64,000 nucleotides of DNA from a virus: IMG/VR virus record IMGVR_UViG_3300031857_000027; one strand, written 5' to 3'. Of the stretch, positions 54,984-64,000 are shown piece after piece. Position numbers and translations under genes: made by a program. The notes under the pieces are model-generated. The model was not told where the DNA came from. It saw only the letters and a list, made by a program, of their open reading frames with translations, and searched no databases. The first letter of the stretch is position 1; each line of letters begins with the position of its first letter.

Positions 54984-57431
54984 CTAAGTCCATTTGAGAA
55001 TGACTACACCTGAACCACCAGCACCACCGGCACCACCAGAATACAGCCATCCGCCGCCTCCACCACCACCGGAGTTGGTATTTGCTGCGGCTGCCGCATT
55101 TGTAGCACCAGCACTACCGCCTTGAGAAGCAGTTCCTCCACTGTTTCCGCTACCACCACCGCCACCACCGGCATATCCAATACTCGAACCAGAAAGTGTT
55201 GAAAATAATCCTACACCACCAGTGCCACCGCCTCCACCAACTGCACCATTCTGTCCTGCTCCTCCTGCACCACCGCCGCCACCGCCAGCATCATTAGCAC
55301 CATTTCCGCCGCTGTTTCCTTGACCTGGTGTTCCAGGTGCGCCGGCTATTAGACCTGCCGGTTGTCCAGGATAAGAAGTGCCTCCTCCACCAGAACCACC
55401 ACTTCTTGCAAATGTGCCACTGCTTGGAGCACCAGTAGCACCACCACCTCCACCGGTTGCCCACAAACTAGACACTGGTGATGTGCTAAAAACGCCTGAA
55501 TTTGATCCATTTGTTCCCGCTACTTGTGATGGACCACCTCCACCACCACCTCCAACGACAACTGTATAAACTTGTCCCGGAGATACTGCTAAATTTGTGC
55601 CTGTAAGAAATCCACCAGCACCACCGCCACCTGCAACAGAACCTCCACCTCCACCACCGCCAGCGACGATTAGGTATTCAAGACTTGTTGTGCCTGTTGG
55701 TACTGTCCATGTTGTGGTGTTAGAGAAAACAGTAAATTTATTTTGTAAAGCCGATACTCTAATAACAGCAAAACCTGAGCCACCAGCACCACCAGCAGTT
55801 CCAGGTTCACCAGTATATCCACCACCACCGCCACCACCACCACGATTAGATACAGCAACACCTCCAGTTGCCGCCGATGGAGAATTTACGCCATTTGCAC
55901 CGCCACAAATAAAATGTCCAAATGGTGTGTTTGTTGGATTTAAATATGCACCACCGCCACCACCACCGGCATAACCAACATTAGCACCAGTAATTGATGA
56001 GAAAATTCCTATGCCACCATTTGAGGATGTTCCTGACGGGCTGCCAAAGCCAGCACCACCGCCACCACCTCCTCCACCAGAACGATCAGTGCCACCACCA
56101 ACCGCACTTCCACCGGCACCACCATCGAATCCTTGACCTGGTGTGCCTCTTCCTCCTGGCGTTGAATTATTTAAACCTCTGCCATTACCACCACCAGAAC
56201 CACCGGATTGTCCATATCCACTGTCTGTTGCAGCACCTCCCCCACCACCTATTGCAGTCAAAAGAACAGAAGAAGTTACTGTGTTTCCAGCAGAAAGAAC
56301 TGTGTTTACTCCATTACTACCGACACCAGGAGCACCCGCCGTGCCACCTCCACCAATCTGAATTGTGTAAAGTTGTTCGGGTGCTACTACATAACCTGTA
56401 CCTTGCAATAAACCGCCAGCACCACCGCCACCACCAATACGACCACCACCACCTCCACCTCCAGCAATTAATAGATAGTCAATATTAGTAACGCCGGGGG
56501 GTATTACTAATTGACCAGTGTTTGCAAATACATATACACCATTGACACCTGCGGTTTCTGTATAGCGAATGATGATGATGCCGGACCCACCTGCCCCACC
56601 TGCCGCTGTGTAAGCTCCGCCGCCACCGCCACCGCCAGTATTTGCTGTGCCACTTTGCACTGGCGGCGCACCGGGATAATTACCCCCACCATTACCACCA
56701 CCACCAATACCACCGCCACCTACAGTGCCGTTTGTGTATACACCTCCACCACCGCCGCCACCATATGCTACATTGGCACCAGATATAGTAGAGTATATTC
56801 CCGCACCACCTGCTGCACCAAAAGCACCATTTGCTTTCCCGTTTTGACCAGTGTTAGCAGCACCACCGCCGCCACCATGACCATAATTTGGTGTACCGCT
56901 TACACCAGAACCACCAGCACCTCCATTGTTTCCTTGTCCTGGAGTACCTAGTCCCCCAGGTGCATTAAAAGCAGGGTCAGAATTTGCGCCACCACCACCA
57001 GAGCCACCCGAAAACCCAGGTTGTCCAGCATATGGATTGCCATTTCTTGTTCCACCGCCACCACCACCTATCGCTGTTAGTGAACCGAATACTGAGTTGG
57101 AGCCGTTGCTTCCGTTTATACCATTATCGGAACTGGTAGCGGCAGCACCTCCACCACCTATTGTAATTGTGTATGATTGACCCGGCGTTACAGAAAAACC
57201 GATGCCTTGTAAAACTCCACCGGCACCACCGCCACCACCAAAAGAACCACCACCTCCACCACCGGCGACTAAAAGATAATCAACAGATGTCACACCCGAA
57301 GGTGCTACCCATGTTGTTGCTTGAGTGAATATTCTTGTGACTGTATATGAAACTATGGCAGCACTAGCAGAGATGCCTCTGCCAAGAATCCCAGGTAAAG
57401 AACCAACCGCAAAAGTTGACAACAAAGGCAT
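54984..57431 (-). CDS. Glycine-rich virion protein with three tandem Gly-rich domains
   Basis: Three repeats opening with P.G.T...YL..AGGGGGG and closing with GGSG..(I/V)(R/K). Confidence 0.85.
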   Translation of the reverse strand: MPLLSTFAVGSLPGILGRGISASAAIVSYTVTRIFTQATTWVAPSGVTSVDYLLVAGGGGGGSFGGGGGAGGVLQGIGFSVTPGQSYTITIGGGGAAATSSDNGINGSNGSNSVFGSLTAIGGGGGGTRNGNPYAGQPGFSGGSGGGGANSDPAFNAPGGLGTPGQGNNGGAGGSGVSGTPNYGHGGGGGAANTGQNGKANGAFGAAGGAGIYSTISGANVAYGGGGGGGVYTNGTVGGGGIGGGGNGGGNYPGAPPVQSGTANTGGGGGGGAYTAAGGAGGSGIIIIRYTETAGVNGVYVFANTGQLVIPPGVTNIDYLLIAGGGGGGGRIGGGGGAGGLLQGTGYVVAPEQLYTIQIGGGGTAGAPGVGSNGVNTVLSAGNTVTSSVLLTAIGGGGGAATDSGYGQSGGSGGGNGRGLNNSTPGGRGTPGQGFDGGAGGSAVGGGTDRSGGGGGGGGAGFGSPSGTSSNGGIGIFSSITGANVGYAGGGGGGAYLNPTNTPFGHFICGGANGVNSPSAATGGVAVSNRGGGGGGGGYTGEPGTAGGAGGSGFAVIRVSALQNKFTVFSNTTTWTVPTGTTSLEYLIVAGGGGGGGSVAGGGGAGGFLTGTNLAVSPGQVYTVVVGGGGGGGPSQVAGTNGSNSGVFSTSPVSSLWATGGGGGATGAPSSGTFARSGGSGGGGTSYPGQPAGLIAGAPGTPGQGNSGGNGANDAGGGGGGAGGAGQNGAVGGGGGTGGVGLFSTLSGSSIGYAGGGGGGSGNSGGTASQGGSAGATNAAAAANTNSGGGGGGGWLYSGGAGGAGGSGVVILKWT

Positions 57432-57571
57432 TACATTCCACCGAATAAAAACGCATCGTCAAAAATGTCGGGTGGTGAAACGATGTTGTTTGCGCTAACG
57501 GCGTTATTTGCAATCAAATTGCCTGTAACTGCACGAACTTGTATTATTCCAGTTTCAACTTTTTGTATCAT
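57431..57571 (-). CDS. 46-aa virion microprotein, not in the ORF track
   Basis: MIQKVETGIIQVRAVTGNLIANNAVSANNIVSPPDIFDDAFLFGGM; AGGTG SD; TAATG overlap; paralogous to the N-termini of its neighbours. Confidence 0.75.
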   Translation of the reverse strand: MIQKVETGIIQVRAVTGNLIANNAVSANNIVSPPDIFDDAFLFGGM

Positions 57572-57579
57572 TTTACACC

Positions 57580-58137
57580 TTAGGGGTTTTGATTTAACGC
57601 TCTTTGAAAATTACTATTTGCCGCTAATACTGTGTAAACATTTGCTGCCGTTTTTAAAATATTAAATGAATATATGTCAATGGATTCTTGTTGTGTAGTA
57701 GAAAAACCAGGAGCTGAATTTCCTGCCCACCAAGGATTTTGTAAAGTACCATCAACATAAACATTGGCACGATATCTCGTTGCACCATGCTTCAATAAAA
57801 TTGCCGCAGTAATTGTTTGTCCAATAGTCAACTGTGAATCAAGAGTATTTTGTGTGTTCGCTCTAAAATTAAAAGTTACATTTGCTGTTGTGTTTGAAGA
57901 AAAGAAATAAACAGTATTGTTTTCTAAATCAATGTTTACATTACCACCAACAGCAACGGAGTATACATTTGCAGATTCAAGAACTTGACTCAAAGATATG
58001 TGAAGGTTTGCAGCAAGAGTGTTGCCTGCAATTTGACCTGCTACAATATTGTTTGCACGAACGGCATTACCTGCAATTTTGTTTCCAATAATTGCACCAT
58101 CTGCAATACGACCTGATTCTACTTTTTGATCTGACAT
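57580..58137 (-). CDS. Putative tail-fibre-associated protein (paralog A)
   Basis: AI..xKIA repeats, then a beta domain ending DIYSF.I.KT...YTVLA. Confidence 0.7.
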   Translation of the reverse strand: MSDQKVESGRIADGAIIGNKIAGNAVRANNIVAGQIAGNTLAANLHISLSQVLESANVYSVAVGGNVNIDLENNTVYFFSSNTTANVTFNFRANTQNTLDSQLTIGQTITAAILLKHGATRYRANVYVDGTLQNPWWAGNSAPGFSTTQQESIDIYSFNILKTAANVYTVLAANSNFQRALNQNP

Positions 58138-58141
58138 TTAA

Positions 58142-58675
58142 TTAACCAAATCCATATGATGTTCTTGATCCTAAAACTGAAAACGCATTGGATCCTGTTT
58201 TAATTGATGTGAAGGTATAAACATCTAATTGTTGATTCGTAAGTGATGCTGCATAAGTCGGTCTAGTGTTACCACTCCATCTTGTATTGCCTGATTGATA
58301 AACACCATCAATTGCCAAATTGGCCAAGAACTGTGTGGAGCCTTGTGTCAATATGAATGCTGTAGTAATTGATTGACCGTTTGCCATAAAACTATTTAAA
58401 GTAGTTTCTGGACTTACCCGAATATTAAAAGTAACATTATCAGCAACATTACTGGTTACATAATAAACTGAATTGTCATCAAGTGATACATTTACATTAC
58501 CGCTTGTTGAACTTGAAATCAAATTAGCATTTTCCAATAAACGATTTACTGGAGCAAGTTTTACAGAAGCAATCGTGTTATTAGCAACCAAATTACCCGT
58601 AATTGTACCAACGGCTATTTTGGCTCCAGTAACCGAAGTATTGGCAAATCTATTAGTGTTTATTCTTTGCGTCAT
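58142..58675 (-). CDS. Putative tail-fibre-associated protein (paralog B)
   Basis: Collinear with paralog A: NVTFN.R, GQ.IT.A, DVYTF..IKT; CTAAATA late promoter upstream. Confidence 0.7.
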   Translation of the reverse strand: MTQRINTNRFANTSVTGAKIAVGTITGNLVANNTIASVKLAPVNRLLENANLISSSTSGNVNVSLDDNSVYYVTSNVADNVTFNIRVSPETTLNSFMANGQSITTAFILTQGSTQFLANLAIDGVYQSGNTRWSGNTRPTYAASLTNQQLDVYTFTSIKTGSNAFSVLGSRTSYGFG

Positions 58676-58702
58676 TTTATTTCATTTTTTGTTTATTTAG
58701 AG

Positions 58703-61700
58703 TTAGCCACCAAATACAATTGACATTGCAATTGCTTTACCTGTTGTCGCCGCAGACTGAATCGATGTATTAAGTGATGTACTCAATTTTTGTGAAGTTA
58801 TGCTGCCATCTGGAATAACAAATGCGTTTGCCGTTGTGTACATAGTGGCAACACGCACCAATTCACCATTAGCAGGAATTTCATCTAATGTAATTGTCTG
58901 TAAAGCGGTATTTACAGTATAATCATTTATAGACTGGACAATACCGTCAATTGTTACAATAAGTGTTTCACGGGCCTGAGGATTAAATCCTAAGTTAAAT
59001 GTAGCAGTTGTACCAGTTGATATTGTTTCAAATACAGATACAGAGACATTTGAACTTACATATTGAATATAATAAGGATTAATTTTTTCAAAGCCAACAA
59101 TTCGAATGTTTTCATTATTACCTGGCGCAGTGACAAATGTAACTGTGTTTGTTGATGGAGTTACGGTATACGCAGTTTCGGGTTGTAAAATACCACCAAT
59201 AGAAACAAAAATGGCTTTGTTTGATTCCGGTCTAAATCCAATACTAAATGCTTGAGTTGAACCATCACCAACAGCACTGTATGTTGATACTACAGCACCA
59301 GCAGAATTCGCAATGTCTAAGAAATAAGGTACTACATTATTAAATCCTGCCACACGAATGGATTGACCAGCAGGTGGAGGTTCATTAAATGAAATGGAAT
59401 TATTTGAACGAGTTACAATATAATCCACAAGTTCAGTTTGAACAATACCACCAATTGAAACAATCACCGCACTGTTAGATGCAGGTGTAAATCCTAAAGC
59501 GTAAGTAGAAACAGCACCATTTGATGTTGTGTTAAATGTTGTGACTTCAGCATTAGCACCCGTATTTGCTTTGTCAAATGCAGCATTTGCTTGAATAAAG
59601 GCAGCATTTGCTTGACCACGAACCCAAGGATCGGATGCATTATTCGCCGCATTGAATGCCGCATTCGCATGAACATATGATGAATTGGCGTGAATGAAAC
59701 CACTGTTGGCATGATTAAACGCCGACTGTGCATGAAGAATACCAGCATTTGCTTGTATAAACGCAGAATTTGCAGTGTTAAATGCTGGTTGTACTTGTGG
59801 TGCTACATTATTTGCTGAAGCAAACGCCGCATTCGCATGGTCAAATGCTGCATTGGCCTGTGACGAAGTTGCATTCGCTACAATGAATGATGCATTCGCT
59901 TGATTGTATGATGCATTCGCTTGAATGAATCCACTATTTGCATGGAAGAATGCAGAGTTTGCCTGCACAAATCCAGAATTTGCATGATCAAAACCAGCAT
60001 TCGCTTGAATCGTCGTAGCATTCGCAACGATAAATGCCGCATTTGCACGGTTACTTGCCGTTACTGCTTTATCGTCAGCAGTGTTAGCAGCATCAAATCC
60101 AGCATTTGCGTGATGAAAGGCTGACTGTGCATGAAGTATGCCAGCATTGGCTTGTATGAATGCTGCATTGGCGGTATGAAACGCCGGCTGAACTTGCGGT
60201 GCTACATTATTAGCAGCAGCAAACGCAGCATTCGCATGGGCGTATGCACCATTAGCGTATACACCAGCAGACGAAGCATTTGCATCAGCGTTGTTTGCTG
60301 TGATAAATGACGCATTGGCTTGAATGAATGCCGCATTGGCGGTATTAAACGCCGGTTGTACCTGTGGTGCTACATTGTTTGCAGAAGCAAATGCAGCGTT
60401 GGCGTGTACAAACGCAGAGTTAGCATATGATCCGGCAGATAGTGCATTTTGATCGGCCGTATTTGCTTTATCAAACGATGCATTAGCATGTATAAATGCT
60501 GAGTTGGCAGTATCGTATGCGGGCTGTACTTGCGGGAATACATTGTTTGCCGCCGCAAAGGCTGCATTGGCATGGTCAAACGATGCATTAGCCTGAATAA
60601 ATGCTGAATTGCCCGTGTTGAACGCCGCATTAGCAGAAGCGAATGCACCATTAGCATTGGCAAAAGCGGCATTGGCCATCGCAAGACCAGCATTTGCATT
60701 TGCAAAAGCAGCGTTGGCATAATTACCAGTTGAGTTTTGACTTACGTAAGCAGCATTGGCATGATCAAAGGCTGAGTTGACATGAATGTAACCACTGTTA
60801 GCATGTATAAATGCCGCATTTGCATATTGACCAGTCGCATTCTGTGACTGATATGCTGCGTTGGCATGACCGAATGCGGAGTTGGTATGAATAAATGCGC
60901 CGTTGGCTACAGTAAACGCAGCATTAGCGTATTGACCTGTAGCATTCTGTGACTGATATGCAGAGTTCGCATGTATAAATGCCGCATTGGCATATTGACC
61001 AGTTGCATTTTGCGATAGATAAGCCGCATTCGCATGAACATACGATGAGTTTGCCTGAATGAATCCGGAGTTTGCATGTTTAAAACTTGCAGTTGCTAAG
61101 TTCTCTGCAATGTTCGCTGTCGCAAATCCCGCTTTAGCGTGTTCATTTGTACTGTTTGCAAGATTCGCACCAATAGGATAAAACTCTTTTTCGTATGCTT
61201 CAAACGTGTCATATACTGCCCAACTGTTCGCAGTTTTATTTGCAAGAATAATATGGCCGGGTTCACCCGATCCTTCATATGCTAACCATTCATTAACAGT
61301 TTCATCCCAAAGAATATATGCGTTTGGTGATGAACCACGATTGACAATGATTGCGGCATTGAGTGTTGGTGTACCAGTAACATTGGCACTCAGAATTACA
61401 TTGTTACCACCAACAAACAATTGGTCCGTAGTAATTGTTTGAGCATTACTAATTACAAGATTGCCTGTGATAGTCAGATTACCTGTGAACAAACCATCAC
61501 CAGCAACGTGTAGGTTTGCTTGTGGGCTGTCTGTATCAATGCCTAAACGGTCGTTGGCATAATCCCAATACAGTTTAGTTGGGTCTTGATCAATTGCACC
61601 ATTACGACCAAACAGAATAGCACCATTTGTTTTATTCTTGCCTTCCATCAAATGTGAATAGACGAGAATTGAACCGTCTGTTACGTCTGACAGAGTAACA

Positions 61701-64000
61701 TAACCAACTGCCATTGGTATACTTGGCGGCACTGGAGGAGTTGTTTGATATTCACCCGGCGTATCTGACAAGAACAACTCTTGTCCAGCAGCCAATAATG
61801 AAGTGTTAAGTCCTCTGATTTTACCATGTATCGTTACATAACCATAATCATTATTTGCAATTGCAGTTGAAGTAACACCAACAACTTCTGCATTTGCAGC
61901 AATGTCAGCAGAAGCAAGTGCAACAGCAGGGAAGCCATTTGCTGATGCATCACCACCTATACGGGCAACTTTGCCTCTGTCAATCGTGGTACCAGAATTG
62001 TTCCATACACGAATTACTGTTTCTTGACCAAGTTGAATCGTGTTATCAGATTCGTTGTTGTATGCTAAAGTTTTTTGATCATTGTCGTAAAAAATACGAC
62101 CTTCATTTCTTGGTGGTACAGAAGATGATGTGTTTAGATCAATATACGAACCAACAAATACATTTTGTGTAGTTAGATTAGCATCAATTACAACATTAGC
62201 GGTAACTGTACCACCAAGATTTGCGTCTAATGAATTGTTAGCACGAATGAATGCTGAGTTTGAAGTATCTCTTGCAACATTATCAATACCATAGCCAATG
62301 AATGCTGTGAATTGTTTTGTAGAATCCGGAAATCTTATCTGGCCATCTGTACCAAAGTCCCATGTATTGCTTGTAGTTCCAGTGGTTTGAATATGTGCGC
62401 CACCCGGATCAACCCACATAACCGATTCGTCGGCAAAATTCATTCTTACATAACCAGCGCCACCGTTATTGTTATATAAATCAATACCATTCGGGAAACC
62501 ACTTCTACCGATATCTCCACGTGATGCTGGTAATGTTATTGTACCATCTTGAGTGAACGTGAAACTTCTTGTTGGTGAATCAAAAAGACCTTGATTCGTC
62601 TGAATAAGAACGCTAGTTTTACCATACAGCACTGCTTGACTAGCATTATCCAAATATATTCCAGTATTACCACTTTGTGCATTTGCTGTTATTGATAATA
62701 CTCCATCACCCTGATTGGTAATTCTTCCTTTGGAAGGTCCGAATATTAAAGTGCCGGGAAGAGCAAATGCACCATTTGAATGTAATTGAGCAGTGAAGCC
62801 ACTATTAACTAAGTTTGCTTTGTCAGTATTTGCTTGATTGTACGCAGCATTTGCCCAAATGAATGCAGCATTAGCATACTGACCAGTTGCATTCTGTGAG
62901 ATGTATGCCGCATTGGCGTGATCAAAAGCGGCATTCGTTTTTATAAATGCACTGTTAGCCTGAATGTATGCGGCGTTAGCAGCAGCAAAAGCACCGTTAG
63001 CGTTTGCAAAGGCAGCATTGGCTCTAGCAAAAGCACCATTGGCATTTGCGAAAGCATATGATGTGTAGACATACAGGTCTACTGTACCGTTTGCACCAAA
63101 GAAATAATTTGAGAAGATAGCATTAGCACCTGTAATGCTACCATTTGAACCCGTTGTTGTTAAAGTATTTGATGTAAGATTACCAACAATGACAACATCA
63201 CCAGTAACTTGACCACCAACGTTTGCATTGAGTGAATTGTTTGCACGAATAAATCCTGCATTTGCATGATTGAATGCGGCGTTGGACTGAATGAATCCTG
63301 AGTTTGCTTGAATATATGCAGCATTAGCAGCAGCAAAAGCACCATTGGCATTTGCAAATGCGGCATTGGCTCTAGCAAAGGCACCGTTGGCATTTGCAAA
63401 AGCAGCATTCGCATGATCAAACGCTGAGTTTGTTTTTATGAAGCCGCTATTTGCATGGATGAATGCTGCATTTGTCTGTATGAATGCTGAGTTTGCTTGA
63501 ATATAAGCAGCATTAGCAGCAGCAAATGCGCCGTTAGCATTTGCGAAAGCAGCATTCGCATGATGATACGCAGAGTTTGCTTGAATAAACCCGCTATTTG
63601 CGTAACTACCTGATGCATTCTGAAACTGAAACGCAGAGTTTGCATGAATAAATGCTGCGTTGGCTTGTTCAAATGCAGAGTTCGCACGAATACCACTTGT
63701 GTTCTGACTTGTGTATGCAGCATTCGCATGTAAGTATGCGGCATTTACATGAAAGAATGATGAATTAGCTTGAATGAATCCTGAGTTAGCATGAATATAT
63801 GCCGCATTGGCCATTGCAAGACCAGCATTTGCATTTGCAAACGAATAGTTAGCATGAAAGAATGCTGAGTTGGCTTGAATGAAACCACTATTCGCATGAT
63901 CAAACGAATAATTAGCATGTAAAAATGCGGAATTTGCTTTTACAAACGCAGAGTTGGCGTATGATGCTGGTGCCGAACCACCCAAGTCATCGTATGATAT
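58703..64000 (-). CDS. Giant fibre protein with Ala/Asn heptad repeats; 5' end lies outside the window
   Basis: Frame stays open to position 64000 (ISYDDLGGSAP...), so the TTG at 63985 is not the start; long AN(A/S)(A/G)(F/Y)xx arrays; three C-terminal beta repeats. Confidence 0.85.
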   Translation of the reverse strand: MSYDDLGGSAPASYANSAFVKANSAFLHANYSFDHANSGFIQANSAFFHANYSFANANAGLAMANAAYIHANSGFIQANSSFFHVNAAYLHANAAYTSQNTSGIRANSAFEQANAAFIHANSAFQFQNASGSYANSGFIQANSAYHHANAAFANANGAFAAANAAYIQANSAFIQTNAAFIHANSGFIKTNSAFDHANAAFANANGAFARANAAFANANGAFAAANAAYIQANSGFIQSNAAFNHANAGFIRANNSLNANVGGQVTGDVVIVGNLTSNTLTTTGSNGSITGANAIFSNYFFGANGTVDLYVYTSYAFANANGAFARANAAFANANGAFAAANAAYIQANSAFIKTNAAFDHANAAYISQNATGQYANAAFIWANAAYNQANTDKANLVNSGFTAQLHSNGAFALPGTLIFGPSKGRITNQGDGVLSITANAQSGNTGIYLDNASQAVLYGKTSVLIQTNQGLFDSPTRSFTFTQDGTITLPASRGDIGRSGFPNGIDLYNNNGGAGYVRMNFADESVMWVDPGGAHIQTTGTTSNTWDFGTDGQIRFPDSTKQFTAFIGYGIDNVARDTSNSAFIRANNSLDANLGGTVTANVVIDANLTTQNVFVGSYIDLNTSSSVPPRNEGRIFYDNDQKTLAYNNESDNTIQLGQETVIRVWNNSGTTIDRGKVARIGGDASANGFPAVALASADIAANAEVVGVTSTAIANNDYGYVTIHGKIRGLNTSLLAAGQELFLSDTPGEYQTTPPVPPSIPMAVGYVTLSDVTDGSILVYSHLMEGKNKTNGAILFGRNGAIDQDPTKLYWDYANDRLGIDTDSPQANLHVAGDGLFTGNLTITGNLVISNAQTITTDQLFVGGNNVILSANVTGTPTLNAAIIVNRGSSPNAYILWDETVNEWLAYEGSGEPGHIILANKTANSWAVYDTFEAYEKEFYPIGANLANSTNEHAKAGFATANIAENLATASFKHANSGFIQANSSYVHANAAYLSQNATGQYANAAFIHANSAYQSQNATGQYANAAFTVANGAFIHTNSAFGHANAAYQSQNATGQYANAAFIHANSGYIHVNSAFDHANAAYVSQNSTGNYANAAFANANAGLAMANAAFANANGAFASANAAFNTGNSAFIQANASFDHANAAFAAANNVFPQVQPAYDTANSAFIHANASFDKANTADQNALSAGSYANSAFVHANAAFASANNVAPQVQPAFNTANAAFIQANASFITANNADANASSAGVYANGAYAHANAAFAAANNVAPQVQPAFHTANAAFIQANAGILHAQSAFHHANAGFDAANTADDKAVTASNRANAAFIVANATTIQANAGFDHANSGFVQANSAFFHANSGFIQANASYNQANASFIVANATSSQANAAFDHANAAFASANNVAPQVQPAFNTANSAFIQANAGILHAQSAFNHANSGFIHANSSYVHANAAFNAANNASDPWVRGQANAAFIQANAAFDKANTGANAEVTTFNTTSNGAVSTYALGFTPASNSAVIVSIGGIVQTELVDYIVTRSNNSISFNEPPPAGQSIRVAGFNNVVPYFLDIANSAGAVVSTYSAVGDGSTQAFSIGFRPESNKAIFVSIGGILQPETAYTVTPSTNTVTFVTAPGNNENIRIVGFEKINPYYIQYVSSNVSVSVFETISTGTTATFNLGFNPQARETLIVTIDGIVQSINDYTVNTALQTITLDEIPANGELVRVATMYTTANAFVIPDGSITSQKLSTSLNTSIQSAATTGKAIAMSIVFGG
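59570..61100 (-). repeat. Degenerate 21-bp (7-aa) coding tandem repeat, block 1
   Basis: Recurrent GC(A/G)TT(A/T/C/G)GC every 21 nt on the + strand. Confidence 0.85.
62820..63965 (-). repeat. Degenerate 21-bp (7-aa) coding tandem repeat, block 2
   Basis: Same periodicity; near-duplicated FANANGAFARANAAFANANGAFAAANAAYIQAN units. Confidence 0.85.

Noticed and set aside
54984-57431. Collagen-like fibre, PE-PGRS gene or DGR target
   Set aside because: No Gly-X-Y triplet periodicity, no PE domain, and no reverse transcriptase or template/variable repeat pair seen
84-62172. All plus-strand ORFs and the short alternative-frame minus ORFs in the track
   Set aside because: They lie inside well-supported minus-strand genes, lack recognisable motifs and read as antisense or frame shadows (for example Pro-rich mirrors of the Gly-rich gene)
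59570-63965. 21-bp periodicity as a CRISPR array or non-coding satellite
   Set aside because: The repeats are degenerate at third codon positions, have no unique spacers and sit in one open frame
63983-63985. TTG start of the 1760-aa fibre as given in the ORF track
   Set aside because: The frame stays open to the window edge with no SD, so the true start is upstream of position 64000
1-64000. tRNA/rRNA genes, integrase/transposase, or stop-codon reassignment
   Set aside because: Intergenic gaps are short and show no cloverleaf by eye, no recombinase motifs were found, and TAA, TAG and TGA all end full-length conserved genes

Overview
A 64-kb segment of a large T4-like myophage genome (core organisation resembling cyano/pelagi-type T4 relatives). 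The host is probably a proteobacterium, judged only from the ErpA and IbpA sequences and the sigma70 promoters. All credible genes lie on the minus strand and use the standard code. Read in the direction of transcription (64000 to 1): a giant Ala/Asn heptad-repeat fibre, small virion paralogs and a Gly-rich protein; neck/tail/head genes gp13-gp23 with a Dps gene between the two terminase subunits; gp3, uvsY, uvsW; a six-gene unusual-sugar cluster (B12 radical SAM, split ThDP enzyme, HddA-like kinase, ColD-type 3-dehydratase, SDR); gp55, gp47, gp46, peptide deformylase; an island with strong sigma70 stem-loop promoters (DruA-like, vWA/CobT-like, CobS-like AAA, DUF262-HNH, wHTH); gp45, gp44, an inserted nuclease + methyltransferase pair, gp62, regA, hsp20 with a ROSE-like leader, oxygenases, glycosyltransferases and dCMP deaminase; gp43, a membrane protein carrying the polymerase's clamp-binding peptide, uvsX, gp41; then a late block (nuclease-like, KxDG protein, erpA, glycosyl-, methyl- and nucleotidyltransferases). 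The best novelty candidates are the phage-encoded branched/deoxy-sugar and glycosylation system, the putative membrane anchor for the sliding clamp, and the phage-borne RM/defence-like genes. All family calls come from motif recognition and synteny, not from database searches.
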